A stretch of 64,000 nucleotides of DNA from Myxococcaceae bacterium (GCA_017500825.1 JAFVYB010000024.1:17193-81192); one strand, 5' to 3'. Positions 1-10,550 are shown, counted from the stretch's first letter. The notes: a model not told the origin generated them from the sequence alone. Numbers and translations are program-made.

Positions 1-236
1 CACGGATCAGCGTCGCTGTCGAGACGGCGAAATGCGATCGCCTCGGGAATGGTGGGGGGGAGCATGGACAGGCCTTTCAGGCGACGCGACGGGCTTGAGT
101 TTCACGCGCCCGACCTCCCGCGCACGCGCCGCGCGACCCCCGCCGTCACCGCCGAACCGGGCGTGAAACCGCCTTGAAATCGCCGCGCGTTGCGGCTCCT
201 TACCCGCCCCCTCGATCGCCTCAAGGTTTTCCCCAG

Positions 237-1157
237 ATGAGCTTCACTCTGAAAAACACCTTCTCCTGGTCCAAATCCCGCCACGGCAAATTCGTCGAAT
301 GCCGCCGCCTCTATTGGTTTCACTATTACGGCAGCTGGGGGGGCTGGGACCCGGGGAAGGCGCCGCCGATCGTCCGCGAGCGCTACATCCTCAAAAACCT
401 GTCGAGTCGGCAGCAGTGGGCGGGCAGCGTGGTCCACGACTTCATCAGCGAGGCGCTCAAGGGCATCCGCCGGGGCACCTGGACCACCCTCGACGAGATG
501 ATGACGCGCGCGCGCCACACCATGCGCTGCCAGTTTCGCGACAGCCGCGCGGGCCTCTACCGACGCAGTCCCAAGCGCAATCCTGGGCTCATCGAGCACG
601 AGCTCAATCTCGACATTCCGGACGAGGAGTGGCGCCGCAACTGGGAGAACGCCGCCCAGTGTCTGCGGCAGTTCTTCGAGGCGGGATGGCCGGAACGGGC
701 GCGGACGCTGTCGCGAGACGACTGGCTGCCGGTGGACGCGATCGACTCGTTTTACCTCGACGGCATCAAGGTCTTCGCCGCGCCGGACTTCGCGCTGCGC
801 GAGGACGGCAAACTCGTCCTCGTGGATTGGAAGACGGGGCAGCCGAGGGAAGAGGACCACGAGCAGGTGCGGGGTTACGCGCTCTTCGCCGCCAGCCGCT
901 GGAGCGTGCCGCCCGAAAACATCGTGGGACGGCTCGTCTATCTGGGCGCGGGCAAGGAGATCGATGTCGCTGTCGACGAGGACGCGCTCGCCGAATTCCG
1001 CGCCCATTTTCGAGAAAGCGTCGCCGCGATGAACGCCTGTCTTCGGGATCCGGAGAGCAACAAGGCCCACGAGGACGACTTCCCCATGACCGAACACACG
1101 GAACGCTGCCGCCTGTGCGCGTTTGGGCGCCTGTGCGGCAGGGCGAGCGAGCGCTGA
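237..1157 (+). CDS. PD-(D/E)XK nuclease family protein, Cas4/RecB-nuclease-like with 4-Cys Fe-S cluster motif
   Basis: VDWKTG motif (the D/E-x-K of the RecB-nuclease fold), N-terminal Cys plus C-terminal CRLCAFGRLC triad typical of Cas4/AddB-type Fe-S nucleases. The ATG at 237 (MSFTLKN) is preferred over the ORF-track start at 174. Confidence 0.6.
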   Translation: MSFTLKNTFSWSKSRHGKFVECRRLYWFHYYGSWGGWDPGKAPPIVRERYILKNLSSRQQWAGSVVHDFISEALKGIRRGTWTTLDEMMTRARHTMRCQFRDSRAGLYRRSPKRNPGLIEHELNLDIPDEEWRRNWENAAQCLRQFFEAGWPERARTLSRDDWLPVDAIDSFYLDGIKVFAAPDFALREDGKLVLVDWKTGQPREEDHEQVRGYALFAASRWSVPPENIVGRLVYLGAGKEIDVAVDEDALAEFRAHFRESVAAMNACLRDPESNKAHEDDFPMTEHTERCRLCAFGRLCGRASER

Positions 1158-1173
1158 ACGCGAAGCGAACGAC

Positions 1174-2442
1174 TCACTCAAACGCCAGCCAGCCAAAGCG
1201 CGGCAGATGGTGAAAGTCGCCGACGAGCGGTGGCGAAAAGGCGGATCCCTCGTTGCGCTTGCGCTGCGAGTGCCATTCGAGCCGGTAGAGGTTGACGCGC
1301 CAGCGATCGCCGGGGCGTGGCGGCCAGCGCGGCACCTTGGCCAGACGGTCGACGGGGATGCGCATCTCGGCGGTCCAGCCCTCGTCGGTGTCGCGCGCGT
1401 CGTTGATCGTGCCCTTGAGTTGGACGGCCGATCTCATGCCCGAGTCCCAGGCGAGGTCCATGCCGCGTCGCCGGGCCGGAAAATAAGCGTCGAAGCGAAC
1501 ACCGCGCGGTGAGAGCTGCAGCTCGTTGTAGGTGCGCCCGTCGCCGTCCGCGTCGATGAAGATCTCGACCACTTCCTCCTCGTAGATCGGCGCGTCGTCG
1601 GCCTCGTGCGTGCCCCAGATGTCCGGATCCTCGACCTCGAAGGCCACGTAGAGCGCCGCGTCGTCCCAGGTGAGGCGCGCCCGCGTCGAAAAGCGCGGTT
1701 TCTGGCCGTCGCCTGTGCGGCGAAATGGCTCTGTCGGCGCGACGTGTCGCCAGCCCGCGTCGTCGAGTCTGCCGTCGATGGCGATATCGCCCGCGCGGCG
1801 CTTGACTCGGTAGATGGGCAGATCGCGCGGCGTTCCCTCGACCGAGATCGTGAATGCCCGCAGGCGGTTTTGGCCGTCGTGTTCGGCGCGCGCGTCGACC
1901 GGCAGGCGCTCGTTGAAGCGATAGAGGCCGAGCCAGCCGACGAGCCGATCCGGGGCGCTGTCCGGGATGGTGATCTCGTGCGCGTCCTCGATCAGATCGC
2001 CCTTTTTCCAGCGGTGCGTGGGCCACAGGCCGAGGACGGGGAAGTGGTCGCCGTTGACGAGGTTTCGCCGCGCGCGTTCCGGGGCGAGGTGCAGGAAGAC
2101 TTTCCAGCTGGCCGCCAGGGGTTCGATCACTTCGAAGTAGTGGGCCAGGCGCACGCGATCGCCACGGCGCACCGACTTGGGAGGCCTGGATGTGTCGGTG
2201 GGCTTGTCGCTCAGGGACCACAGCGAGCTGCCGAGGTAGCGCAGGCGGCCGCCGCCCATCTCGATCGAGGCGGGCCAGTGCGGGGTCGGGCGATTCTTGA
2301 GGAGGTGGCGCGCGACTTGGGCTTTTTGCGCGGCGTCGAGTGTGCGCGGGGGAGGCGCGGGCGCGGTTGGGTCGCTGCAGGCGAGCGCGCAGAGGAGGCC
2401 AAAAATCGCGAGGGCGAGGCTAGGGCGGGCTGGGGGCGTCAT
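1174..2442 (-). CDS. secreted (lipo)protein with CBM9-like carbohydrate-binding / DOMON-like domain
   Basis: N-terminal signal peptide ending ...LLCALACS. Central block DGRLDDAGWRHV...ALYVAFEVEDPDIW resembles CBM family 9-like domains. Confidence 0.45.
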   Translation of the reverse strand: MTPPARPSLALAIFGLLCALACSDPTAPAPPPRTLDAAQKAQVARHLLKNRPTPHWPASIEMGGGRLRYLGSSLWSLSDKPTDTSRPPKSVRRGDRVRLAHYFEVIEPLAASWKVFLHLAPERARRNLVNGDHFPVLGLWPTHRWKKGDLIEDAHEITIPDSAPDRLVGWLGLYRFNERLPVDARAEHDGQNRLRAFTISVEGTPRDLPIYRVKRRAGDIAIDGRLDDAGWRHVAPTEPFRRTGDGQKPRFSTRARLTWDDAALYVAFEVEDPDIWGTHEADDAPIYEEEVVEIFIDADGDGRTYNELQLSPRGVRFDAYFPARRRGMDLAWDSGMRSAVQLKGTINDARDTDEGWTAEMRIPVDRLAKVPRWPPRPGDRWRVNLYRLEWHSQRKRNEGSAFSPPLVGDFHHLPRFGWLAFE

Positions 2443-2539
2443 GAGGGGTCCTTGTGTCGACGCGTGGGCGTTGGCGCGCGCCTTTGCGGCAAAAGCGGCT
2501 GGCGCGTCGAGGGTCGATCAAGGCGTTGGCTGGCCGCGC

Positions 2540-4984
2540 TCACTGTTCGGCGACGAATGACTTGAGGACGTTGAGCGACTGGCCGTCAGTGACGAACGTG
2601 ATCGCGCCGTCGCGGTCGGTGCGGTGGATGGCGCTTCCCTGGGATTCGTAGCGGGCGACGACTTCGGCGTGCGGAAAACCAAAGCGGTTGTTGCGCCCAC
2701 AGGAAAAGACGACGTGGCCGGGCGAGATGGCGGCGACGAATTCCGGCGTCGAGCTCGTCCTGCTGCCGTGGTGCGGCGCCTTGAGCACGGTCGCGCGCAG
2801 ATCTCGGCCTGCGGAGAGCAACGCCTGTTCGCCCAGCGCCTCGATGTCGCCGGTGAAGAGAAACGAGATCTCTCCCAAGCTCAGGCGCGCGCTCAGGCTG
2901 GCGTCGTTTTCGCCAAGATGCGGGGCATTGGGAGGCGGGTGCAGGATCGCGACCTCGACGCCGCTCAGCGCTCGTCGGTCACCGGCCGCCAGCTCGACGA
3001 TTTGGGCCTTGGGCGCCGCGTCGACGAGGGCGCGAGAAAGTCCGCCGGGCACCTGGGTTTGTCCGCGGGCGATCCAGATTTCGCGCGGGCGCAGCGCTGC
3101 CGCCGACTCGATGAGCCCGTTCGCGTGATCCGGGTGCGGGTGAGAGAGCATGGCGATGTCGAGCCGTTCGACGCCCAACGCGCGCAACGCCGGGACAAGG
3201 ACGCGTTCGCCGACACGCCAGCGCCCCTCGGGATCACCGCCGCCATCGATCAGCATCGTCTGCCCGTCGGGGAAGCGAACCAGCGCCGCGTCGCCCTGGC
3301 CGATGTCGAAGAAGGTCACGCGCAGCGAGCGATCCATGTGGCGCGCCATCCACGGCAGGCCCGCGAAGACGACGAGACCCAAGGCGCCGATGCAGGCCGA
3401 CAACATCCCGGCGCGTCGCGAACGCGGCCAGAGCCAGAGCGCGAGGAGGCAGGCGTAGGCGGCGGCGACCACAGCGCCCGTGGGCGGCGACACGTCGAGG
3501 CTGGCCCAGGGCAGCGAAGCGAAAAGGCGCGTGATCGCGAGAAGCAGCGCGGCCAACGGATCGCAGAGGCACAGGAGGAGCGCGGCGATCGGTTCGCAAA
3601 GGCTCATCGCGAGCGCGGCGCAGGCGGAGAGGACGGTCAGGGCACTGCCCAGCGGCAGGGCGACGAGGTTGGCGAGCACGGCGACGATCGATGTCTGTCC
3701 AAAGGCCCGGGCCACGAGCGGCGCGGTGGCCAAAGAGGCGATCGCGGTCGCGGCCAGAGTCGCGCACAGCCAGCGGGCACAGCGCAAAAGGCGCGAACGT
3801 TCGTCCGACTCGTTGAGAGAGAGGCGGCGCGAGAGCCACTCGTTCAGAGGGCGGGTCCCCAGCATCAGCGAGGCCACCGCGACAAAGGAGAGCTGAAAGG
3901 AGATCGAGCGCAGCGCCGCGGGATCGCGCGCGAGAATGACGAGGGCGGCCAGGCAGAGCGCGCTCGGAGCGTCGTCGTCTCGTCCCAGGACGCGCGCCAA
4001 AAAGAGGGCGCTGACCATCACCCCGGAACGGACAGCCGGCACCTCGGCGCCGCTGAGAAAGACGTAGAGCCAACACATCGGCACCGTGAGCAGCGCGGCG
4101 AGGCGCGGGACATCGCAGCGCAGCGTGAGCGCGGAGAAGCGGGTGAGAAGCCAGCGCAACAGCCGGCAGAGGCCCAGCGCCACCACGCCCACGTGCAGGC
4201 CGGAAACGCTGAGCAGATGGGCGAGTCCGGTGTCGCGAAAGTCGGACAGCGTCTCTTCGGGCAGCGCGGCGCGATCTCCCAGGCCGAGGGTGCGGACGAG
4301 TCGCGCGGCGTTTCCTTCATCGATGGCGCGCGCGCACAACTCGGCGAATCGCTCGCGGTAGTCGCGCTGAAACCGGGCCGACGGCGGCGGAAACCCAATG
4401 GCGCTCCACTGACCGCGCACAGGCCTGGCCAAAAAAGCGATGCCCTGGGCCTGATCCTCGCCGCGTCGATCGCGCTGTCCCGGGTTGGTCGGGCCGCGCG
4501 GCTTTCGCAATCGCACCCGGGCCCGCACAGAGTCGCCGACATAGAGCGACGGCGCGCCGTCGAGGCTGAGCCAGACGCCAAAACGCGCGTCGAAAAACGC
4601 CTCTCCACGAATGACGCGATGGACCCGCAGATGGACCCGCGTCCGATTTTCGCGCGGCGGCGACACGGCAACGACGCGCCCTTCGACGACTTCTTCGGCG
4701 GCCAAATCCGCGGGCAACTCGATCGCCGCCTGACGCTGCGAAAGCCCAACGCCCCAAAGCGCCGAGGCCAGAGAGACGAGCGCAAACGACAAAATCGGCG
4801 CGCGGCGCGAACCGGCCAAAGCCATCGTCGACAGCAACAGCGCGACAACGAGCGCGACGCCCGGCGCCTGTGGCGACAGCGGACCGATCCAGACGCCAAG
4901 TCCAAAGAGCAGCGCCGCGAGCACAAGGGGACGGCCCGCCAGATCCCGCTCAAGCGACGATGACTTCGAAGCGCGCGCCCGCAT
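2540..4984 (-). CDS. comEC: DNA internalization competence protein ComEC/Rec2 (membrane channel + C-terminal MBL-fold domain)
   Basis: Long polytopic membrane region. C-terminal metallo-beta-lactamase signature LSHPHPDHANGL ... APHHGS typical of ComEC. Confidence 0.85.
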   Translation of the reverse strand: MRARASKSSSLERDLAGRPLVLAALLFGLGVWIGPLSPQAPGVALVVALLLSTMALAGSRRAPILSFALVSLASALWGVGLSQRQAAIELPADLAAEEVVEGRVVAVSPPRENRTRVHLRVHRVIRGEAFFDARFGVWLSLDGAPSLYVGDSVRARVRLRKPRGPTNPGQRDRRGEDQAQGIAFLARPVRGQWSAIGFPPPSARFQRDYRERFAELCARAIDEGNAARLVRTLGLGDRAALPEETLSDFRDTGLAHLLSVSGLHVGVVALGLCRLLRWLLTRFSALTLRCDVPRLAALLTVPMCWLYVFLSGAEVPAVRSGVMVSALFLARVLGRDDDAPSALCLAALVILARDPAALRSISFQLSFVAVASLMLGTRPLNEWLSRRLSLNESDERSRLLRCARWLCATLAATAIASLATAPLVARAFGQTSIVAVLANLVALPLGSALTVLSACAALAMSLCEPIAALLLCLCDPLAALLLAITRLFASLPWASLDVSPPTGAVVAAAYACLLALWLWPRSRRAGMLSACIGALGLVVFAGLPWMARHMDRSLRVTFFDIGQGDAALVRFPDGQTMLIDGGGDPEGRWRVGERVLVPALRALGVERLDIAMLSHPHPDHANGLIESAAALRPREIWIARGQTQVPGGLSRALVDAAPKAQIVELAAGDRRALSGVEVAILHPPPNAPHLGENDASLSARLSLGEISFLFTGDIEALGEQALLSAGRDLRATVLKAPHHGSRTSSTPEFVAAISPGHVVFSCGRNNRFGFPHAEVVARYESQGSAIHRTDRDGAITFVTDGQSLNVLKSFVAEQ

Positions 4985-5106
4985 GGCCTCCCCCCTCGGA
5001 CAAGAGAAGGCCAGCGTTTGAAGTCAGCGGCGAATCGGGCGCCAAGTCGCCATTTGGGTGGGCCGGCGTGGTTCGCGCCCGCCCCCCGGATCGCGCGGTC
5101 GGTGAA

Positions 5107-8100
5107 TCAGCCGGCAAGCAGCGATTCGTCGGCAGTGCCCCGTTCGCTCGATTTTGACGCGCGTCGCGGTTTGGCCGAGGCCCCGAGATCCGCGTCGATG
5201 GCGGCGACGGTCGACTTGCCGTTCGACTCACCCAGCGTCTCCGCCAACCGCTCGTGCGCCACCGACATGAAGAGCTTGATGCGGTTGATCTGGTTCGATT
5301 CGCAGGCGCCCGGGTCGTAGTCGATGGCGGCGATGTTGGCGTTGGGGCGGACGCGCTTGATCTCCTTGATCACGCCCTTGCCGGTGATGTGGTTCGGCAG
5401 ACAGCCAAAGGGCTGGAGGCAGAGGACGTTGGGCGCGCCGTGGTCGATGAGCTCCAACATGTCGGCGGTCAGCAGCCAGCCTTCGCCCGCCTGAAGTCCG
5501 GTGGTGATGACCTGCGCCGCCTTGCGCTCCAGATCGTCGATGTGCGCCACCGGCATGTAGCGCGTGCCCTCCAGCGCCTCGCGCAGCGCGTCGCGAAGCC
5601 CTTCCAAAACGCCCACGCTGAGCCGGTTGCTCAACTGCGCCGCCACGCTGCCGCCGTGATGCCTGCCCTGATAGACGGCGTCGCTCAGGCAGTAGAGCAG
5701 GAAGTCGTTGAAGTCGGTGACCACTGCCTCGCCGCCCTCCTGCTCGATGACGCGCACCGCGTTGTTGTTCGCGTCCGGGTGATACTTGAGCAGGATCTCG
5801 CCGACGACGCCGACGCGCGGCCTGATTTTGCCGTCGCGCGGGATGGCCTCGAAGTCGCGCACCATCTGTCCGAGGTGCCGCCGAAAGACATCGATGCGCG
5901 TTCCGGGCGACTCGACGTTGCTGCGCGCGCGCCTGAGCCAGAGCGCGGTCAAAGCGTCGGTCTCGCCTTTGCGCACCTCGTAGGGCCGCGTGGCGTTGGA
6001 CAGGCGCATCAGCATGTCGCCGTAGAGGCCCGCGAGCAGAAGGCGTTCGGCGAAGCGCAGCGTGACCTCAAAGCCGGGCTGTTGGTCGCCGCGGCCGCTG
6101 TTGAGCGAGAGCACCGGCACCTGGGGATAGCCCGCCTCGACGAGGGCCTTGCGCAGGAGCGGGATGTAATTCGTCGCCCGGCACGGACCGCACGTCTGCG
6201 TGAGCAGCATCGCCGTCGTGTCCGGGTCGTAATCGCCGCGCGTGAGCGCCTGCAGCTGTTGACCGATGACGACGAGCGCCGGGTAGCAGGCGTCGTTGTG
6301 AACGTATTTGAGCCCCAGCTCGATCGCAGCCCGGTCCACCTTGGGCAGGATGTCGAAGCGGTAGCCCGAAGCGCGGAAGGCCCCCTCGTAGAGGTCGAAG
6401 TGCAGCGGCATCATCTGCGGGGCGAGGATGGTGTGGGTGCGCCTCATGCGAGTGACGAAGGGGACGCGGCCGCGCGTGTTCGCCAGATACGTCGCCGGCA
6501 TCGACTCGCCTGTCCCCGCGCGAGAGCCCGCTTCCCGGTCTTCGCCGTCCTCGACCTGAACGCCGCCGAGCTGTCCCCCGCGCACAGCCGCCATCAGCGA
6601 TCGGATGCGAATGCGCGCCGGCCCCAGGTTGCCGCCCTCGTCGATCTTGATCAGCGTGTGCAGCTTGCCCGCGCCATCGAGGATGCGATGCGCCTCGTCT
6701 GCCGTCACCGCGTCCACGCCGCAGCCAAACGAAGTCAGCTGGACGAAATCCACATTCGGCAGCCGACCGACCAACGCCGCCGTCCGATAGAGGCGCGCGT
6801 GGTAGGTCCACTGGTTGACGATATCGAGCTCGGGCATGTCTGCCTGCAGATGGGCGATCGAGTCCTCGCTGATCAGCGCCGCGCCCAGCGAGACGACGAG
6901 CTCGTCGAGGCCGTGATTGACGAGCGGATCGACGTGGTAGGGCCGCCCGGCGAAGACGATGCCGTGGCCGCGTTTTTCCCTCACCCAGGCCAACGCGCGC
7001 TCACCCTCGCGGCGCAGTTCGGCCCGATAGCGTTCCAGTTCGCGGCGCGCCTTCTCGATGGCCGAGAGGAGTTCACGCTCCGGGATCTGGAAGAGCGGCG
7101 AGAGGATCCTGGCGAGCGACTTGGCGTGCGCCGGATTCACGCAAGGCGAGAAGTAGCGAACGCCCTCCTCCGCGAGCGCCTCGGTGTTGAGGCGGATGAC
7201 CTCGGGGTAGCCGCTGACGACCGGGCAGTTGAAGCAGTCGCGCGCGCTCGGGTGCTCCTTCGTCTCGCGCGGCACGGTCGGATAAAAAATCGTCTTCACG
7301 CCGCGCCTGAGCAGGTCGGCGATGTGTCCGTGGGCCAGCTTGGCCGGGAAGCAGACGGTCTGTGAGGGCATCGACGACAGCCCCAAATCGTAGAGCGCCT
7401 TGCTCGACGGCGACGAGAGCGTCACGCGAAAGCCGAGCGCGTCAAAGAGCGTGAACCAGAAGGGGAAGCTCTCGAACTGATTGAGCACGCGCGGAATGCC
7501 GATCTCGCCGCGCGGCGCGCGTTCCAGAGGCCGAGGCTCGTAGTCGAACAGCCGCTTGTTCTTCCACGCGTAGAGGTTGGGGGGGCGGTTCGTCAGTTCG
7601 AGCTTTTTGCCCGCGCCCTTCTCGCAGCGGTTGCCGGAGATGAAGCGCCGCCCGTCCGAGAAGCGGTTGATCGTCAGCAGGCAGCGGTTGCCACACCCCT
7701 GACAGCGCTGGGTTTTGGAGGTGGCGCTCAGCGCGCGCAGCTCGTCGAGCGAAAGCAGGCGGCTGGCGGGCAGGTCGCTCCCTTTGGTGTTCGCGAGCCG
7801 GACCTCGTCGCGGGCGAGCAGCGCCGCGCCAAAAGCCCCCATCAGGCCGGAGATCTCCGGACGAATCAGCGGGCGCCCGAGCAGCCACTCCATGGCGCAC
7901 AGAAGCGCGTCGTTGGCGAAGGCGCCGCCCTGGACGATGACGCGGTTGCCGAGTTCCTCCGGGTCGCGGATGCGCAGCACTTTGTAGAGGGCGTTGCGCG
8001 CGACCGAGTAGCAGAGCCCCGCCGCGATATCGCCGATGGCCGCGCCTTCCTTCTGCGCCTGCTTGACCTTCGAATTCATGAAGACGGTGCAGCGCGAACC

Positions 8101-9543
8101 GAGATCGGTCGGCCGCCGCGAGACGAGCGCGCTCTCGACAAAGTCGCGCAGGGGCAGGCCCAGGCTCTCGGCGAAGGTCTCCAAAAATGCGCCGCAACCG
8201 GCCGAGCAGGCTTCGTTGAGAGCGATGCCGACGATGCGTCGATCGCGCACCTTCAGGCACTTCATGTCCTGGCCGCCGATGTCGAGGACGTAGGTCGCGT
8301 CCGGAACGAGCTCACAGGCCGCGCGGCAGTGGGCCACAGTCTCCACCTCGGCCAAGTCGATGCCAAAGGCGACCTGCGCGAGGTCGGCGCCATAGCCGGT
8401 GGCGGCGGCTCGGCGAATGACGACGCCCTCGGGGAGTTTCTCCAGCAACGCCGCGAGCGAACGGCGAATCACCTCCAGCGGCGCCCCGCGATTGCGCTCA
8501 TACCAACTGTGCAACAGCTCACCGGCGTCGCTCAGGAGCACCGCCTTGACCGTGGTCGAGCCGATGTCGATGCCGAGGAAGGCCTCGCCGCGATAGCCCG
8601 CGAGATCGCGCTTTTTGGCCAGCTGGCGAGCGTGGCGCTCCTCAAACGAAGCGCGCTGCGTCTCGGTCTCAAAAAAGGGCGGCAGTGGCGGCGCTTCGAC
8701 AGGCGTCTCCCGGGCGCTCTGGGCGGCGCGGCGCGCCAAATCTTCCAGTGAGTGAACCTCTGCCCCAGCCTCGATGGCCGCGCCCAACGCGACGGTGAAC
8801 TGCGCGTCCGGCGGACAGACGACATCCTCGTCAGAGAGTCCCAAAGTCTCGACGAAACGCTTTTTCAGCTCGGAGAGGAAGTGCAGCGGCCCGCCGAGAA
8901 AGGCGATCTTGCCCTTGAGCGAAATGCCGCAGGCCAGTCCGCCAATCGTCTGGTCGACGACCGCCTGAAAAATCGAAGCGGCGATGTCCTCGCGCCGGGC
9001 GCCCTCGTTGATCAGCGGCACGATGTCGGTCTTGGCGAAGACGCCGCAGCGAGAGGCGATGGGGTAGAGCGTCGTGTGTCCCTCTGCCAGCGCGTTGAGC
9101 CCAGGCGCGTCCGTCTGCAAGAGCGCCGCCATCTGGTCGATGAAGGCGCCCGTCCCGCCCGCGCACGTCTCGTTCATGCGCAGCTCCATGCCCTGGCTCA
9201 GACAGAGGATTTTGGCGTCCTCGCCGCCGAGCTCGATCGCCACGTCCGTCTGGGGCGCGACGGCCATCAGCGCCCGCGCCGCCGCCATCACCTCCTGGAG
9301 AAACGGCAGCCCCAACACGTCGGAAATCGACAGCGCGCCGGAACCAGTGATCGCCCCGCGCACCTCCAGCCCCGGGTGACGCTGCGACAGATCCGCCAGG
9401 ATCGCCGCGAGCGTCTGACGAACGGCCGCGCCATGCCGCTGGTAGATGGCGTCGATGATCTCGCCGTCGGGCGAGCGCAGGACTGCCTTGGCAGTGGTCG
9501 AACCGATGTCGAGGCCCAGCGTGCAAGTTGTGGCGCGCTTCAT
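5107..9543 (-). CDS. acyl-CoA dehydratase activase (BadF/BadG/BcrA/BcrD ATPase) x2 fused to 2-hydroxyacyl-CoA dehydratase-like domain (YjiL/YjiM-type fusion), 1478 aa
   Basis: Two ASKHA activase modules (LGLDIGSTTAKAVL... and LGIDIGSTTVKAVLL...), a Cys-rich C-x-x-C region and an HgdB-like C-terminal half. The RBS is adjacent to a palindrome upstream. Confidence 0.8.
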   Translation of the reverse strand: MKRATTCTLGLDIGSTTAKAVLRSPDGEIIDAIYQRHGAAVRQTLAAILADLSQRHPGLEVRGAITGSGALSISDVLGLPFLQEVMAAARALMAVAPQTDVAIELGGEDAKILCLSQGMELRMNETCAGGTGAFIDQMAALLQTDAPGLNALAEGHTTLYPIASRCGVFAKTDIVPLINEGARREDIAASIFQAVVDQTIGGLACGISLKGKIAFLGGPLHFLSELKKRFVETLGLSDEDVVCPPDAQFTVALGAAIEAGAEVHSLEDLARRAAQSARETPVEAPPLPPFFETETQRASFEERHARQLAKKRDLAGYRGEAFLGIDIGSTTVKAVLLSDAGELLHSWYERNRGAPLEVIRRSLAALLEKLPEGVVIRRAAATGYGADLAQVAFGIDLAEVETVAHCRAACELVPDATYVLDIGGQDMKCLKVRDRRIVGIALNEACSAGCGAFLETFAESLGLPLRDFVESALVSRRPTDLGSRCTVFMNSKVKQAQKEGAAIGDIAAGLCYSVARNALYKVLRIRDPEELGNRVIVQGGAFANDALLCAMEWLLGRPLIRPEISGLMGAFGAALLARDEVRLANTKGSDLPASRLLSLDELRALSATSKTQRCQGCGNRCLLTINRFSDGRRFISGNRCEKGAGKKLELTNRPPNLYAWKNKRLFDYEPRPLERAPRGEIGIPRVLNQFESFPFWFTLFDALGFRVTLSSPSSKALYDLGLSSMPSQTVCFPAKLAHGHIADLLRRGVKTIFYPTVPRETKEHPSARDCFNCPVVSGYPEVIRLNTEALAEEGVRYFSPCVNPAHAKSLARILSPLFQIPERELLSAIEKARRELERYRAELRREGERALAWVREKRGHGIVFAGRPYHVDPLVNHGLDELVVSLGAALISEDSIAHLQADMPELDIVNQWTYHARLYRTAALVGRLPNVDFVQLTSFGCGVDAVTADEAHRILDGAGKLHTLIKIDEGGNLGPARIRIRSLMAAVRGGQLGGVQVEDGEDREAGSRAGTGESMPATYLANTRGRVPFVTRMRRTHTILAPQMMPLHFDLYEGAFRASGYRFDILPKVDRAAIELGLKYVHNDACYPALVVIGQQLQALTRGDYDPDTTAMLLTQTCGPCRATNYIPLLRKALVEAGYPQVPVLSLNSGRGDQQPGFEVTLRFAERLLLAGLYGDMLMRLSNATRPYEVRKGETDALTALWLRRARSNVESPGTRIDVFRRHLGQMVRDFEAIPRDGKIRPRVGVVGEILLKYHPDANNNAVRVIEQEGGEAVVTDFNDFLLYCLSDAVYQGRHHGGSVAAQLSNRLSVGVLEGLRDALREALEGTRYMPVAHIDDLERKAAQVITTGLQAGEGWLLTADMLELIDHGAPNVLCLQPFGCLPNHITGKGVIKEIKRVRPNANIAAIDYDPGACESNQINRIKLFMSVAHERLAETLGESNGKSTVAAIDADLGASAKPRRASKSSERGTADESLLAG

Positions 9544-9564
9544 GCAGATGCTCCTTCGTCAAAT

Positions 9565-9578
9565 TAGACAACTGTCTA
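9565..9578. promoter_or_regulatory. inverted repeat TAGACA-AC-TGTCTA, candidate TetR-type operator in the 5' leader of the activase-fusion gene
   Basis: Perfect 6-bp inverted arms 22 bp upstream of the activase ATG. A TetR gene lies immediately upstream on the same strand. The GTCTA half-site recurs in the (C)CGTCTAAAAAC boxes at 9641, 9666, 9776 and 10567. Confidence 0.4.
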
Positions 9579-9806
9579 GTAATCCCCTGAAACGGGGCGC
9601 CTAGATCGGCGAGAGCAGGCAAAAAGCAAGCGGGAAAATGTCTCTAAAACAGCGCGATTTGGACGACCGTATAAAAACACGGCAACACACGCTTCCCTCT
9701 GAGAGACGGGCCAACACTGGCGGTCAGAGCTCCGGCAGGCTCCAGGCACAGGCGAGGCGGCAATAACTGGACGATCGTCTAAAAACTTCGAACGCGCGCC
9801 GAACGC

Positions 9807-10550
9807 TCACTTGCCGTGAGGGCGTGGATCGTCGGCGAAGAGGCCAAATCGATCCGCCAGCTCGCTGACACCGCTGGAAAAGCGCTTGATGACCGACAAC
9901 GGCCCCGAACCGCGCGGGCGAAGGCCATTGAGGAGAATGCCCAGCCTGGCGCGGGCCACCTTTGCCGAGTTGAGCTCGTCGCGCGCCTCAATGCCGAGGA
10001 AGTTGCCCTCCGGATCGAGGCAGTCGAAGAGCTCTCGCGACCAGAACATGGGCAAAAACAGGGTGCTGCCGAGCGTGACCATGATCTGAACGGGCGAGAG
10101 GTCGTCGCGCAGAATCCCGGCCTTCTGGCTGTCGCGCACGAGCTCGAAGATCACTTTCAGGTGGCGCGGAAAATTGTTCGAGACCATCTCCGCGACGAGA
10201 GGCGTCCCCCGCACGCCGTCCTTGAAGAGAGCGCGCGCCAGTTCACGGTTCGAGTCGATGTAGTCGACGGCCTGATCGAGCACGGTCAAAAGCCGCTCCA
10301 GCGGGTTGTCCACATCCTGAACGCCCGTGACGATGTGGCGGAAAAACTCGTCGTAGGCCTGGGTCAAGAGCTGGCGCAGGAAGTTCTCCTTGGTGCGGAA
10401 GTGGTAGGTGAACATGCCGAGGTTCACGCCCGCGCGATCGCAGATCTGGCGCACGCTGATGCCCGTGATGCCCTTCTCCTTGAGCAGCTCGATGCCCGCG
10501 TCGAGGAGCAGGCGGTCGCAGTTTTTCGATGGTCTCACCATGGCTTGCAC
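9807..10550 (-). CDS. TetR/AcrR family transcriptional regulator
   Basis: N-terminal HTH LLDAGIELLKEKGITGISVRQICDRAGVNLGMFTYHF is a classic TetR_N. Helical C-terminal ligand domain. Confidence 0.8.
   Translation of the reverse strand: MQAMVRPSKNCDRLLLDAGIELLKEKGITGISVRQICDRAGVNLGMFTYHFRTKENFLRQLLTQAYDEFFRHIVTGVQDVDNPLERLLTVLDQAVDYIDSNRELARALFKDGVRGTPLVAEMVSNNFPRHLKVIFELVRDSQKAGILRDDLSPVQIMVTLGSTLFLPMFWSRELFDCLDPEGNFLGIEARDELNSAKVARARLGILLNGLRPRGSGPLSVIKRFSSGVSELADRFGLFADDPRPHGK

Noticed and set aside
102-1196. 364-aa ORF on the minus strand opposite the nuclease gene
   Set aside because: Antisense to a gene with clear domain motifs. Arg/Ala/Pro-rich low-complexity translation is typical of spurious ORFs in high-GC DNA.
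2624-4963. 779-aa plus-strand ORF overlapping comEC
   Set aside because: Completely antisense to ComEC. Highly basic Arg/Gly/Glu-rich composition with no domain signature.
5254-7365. 703-aa plus-strand ORF inside the activase-fusion gene
   Set aside because: Antisense to a protein with strong ASKHA/HgdB similarity. An open frame is expected from GC3 bias.
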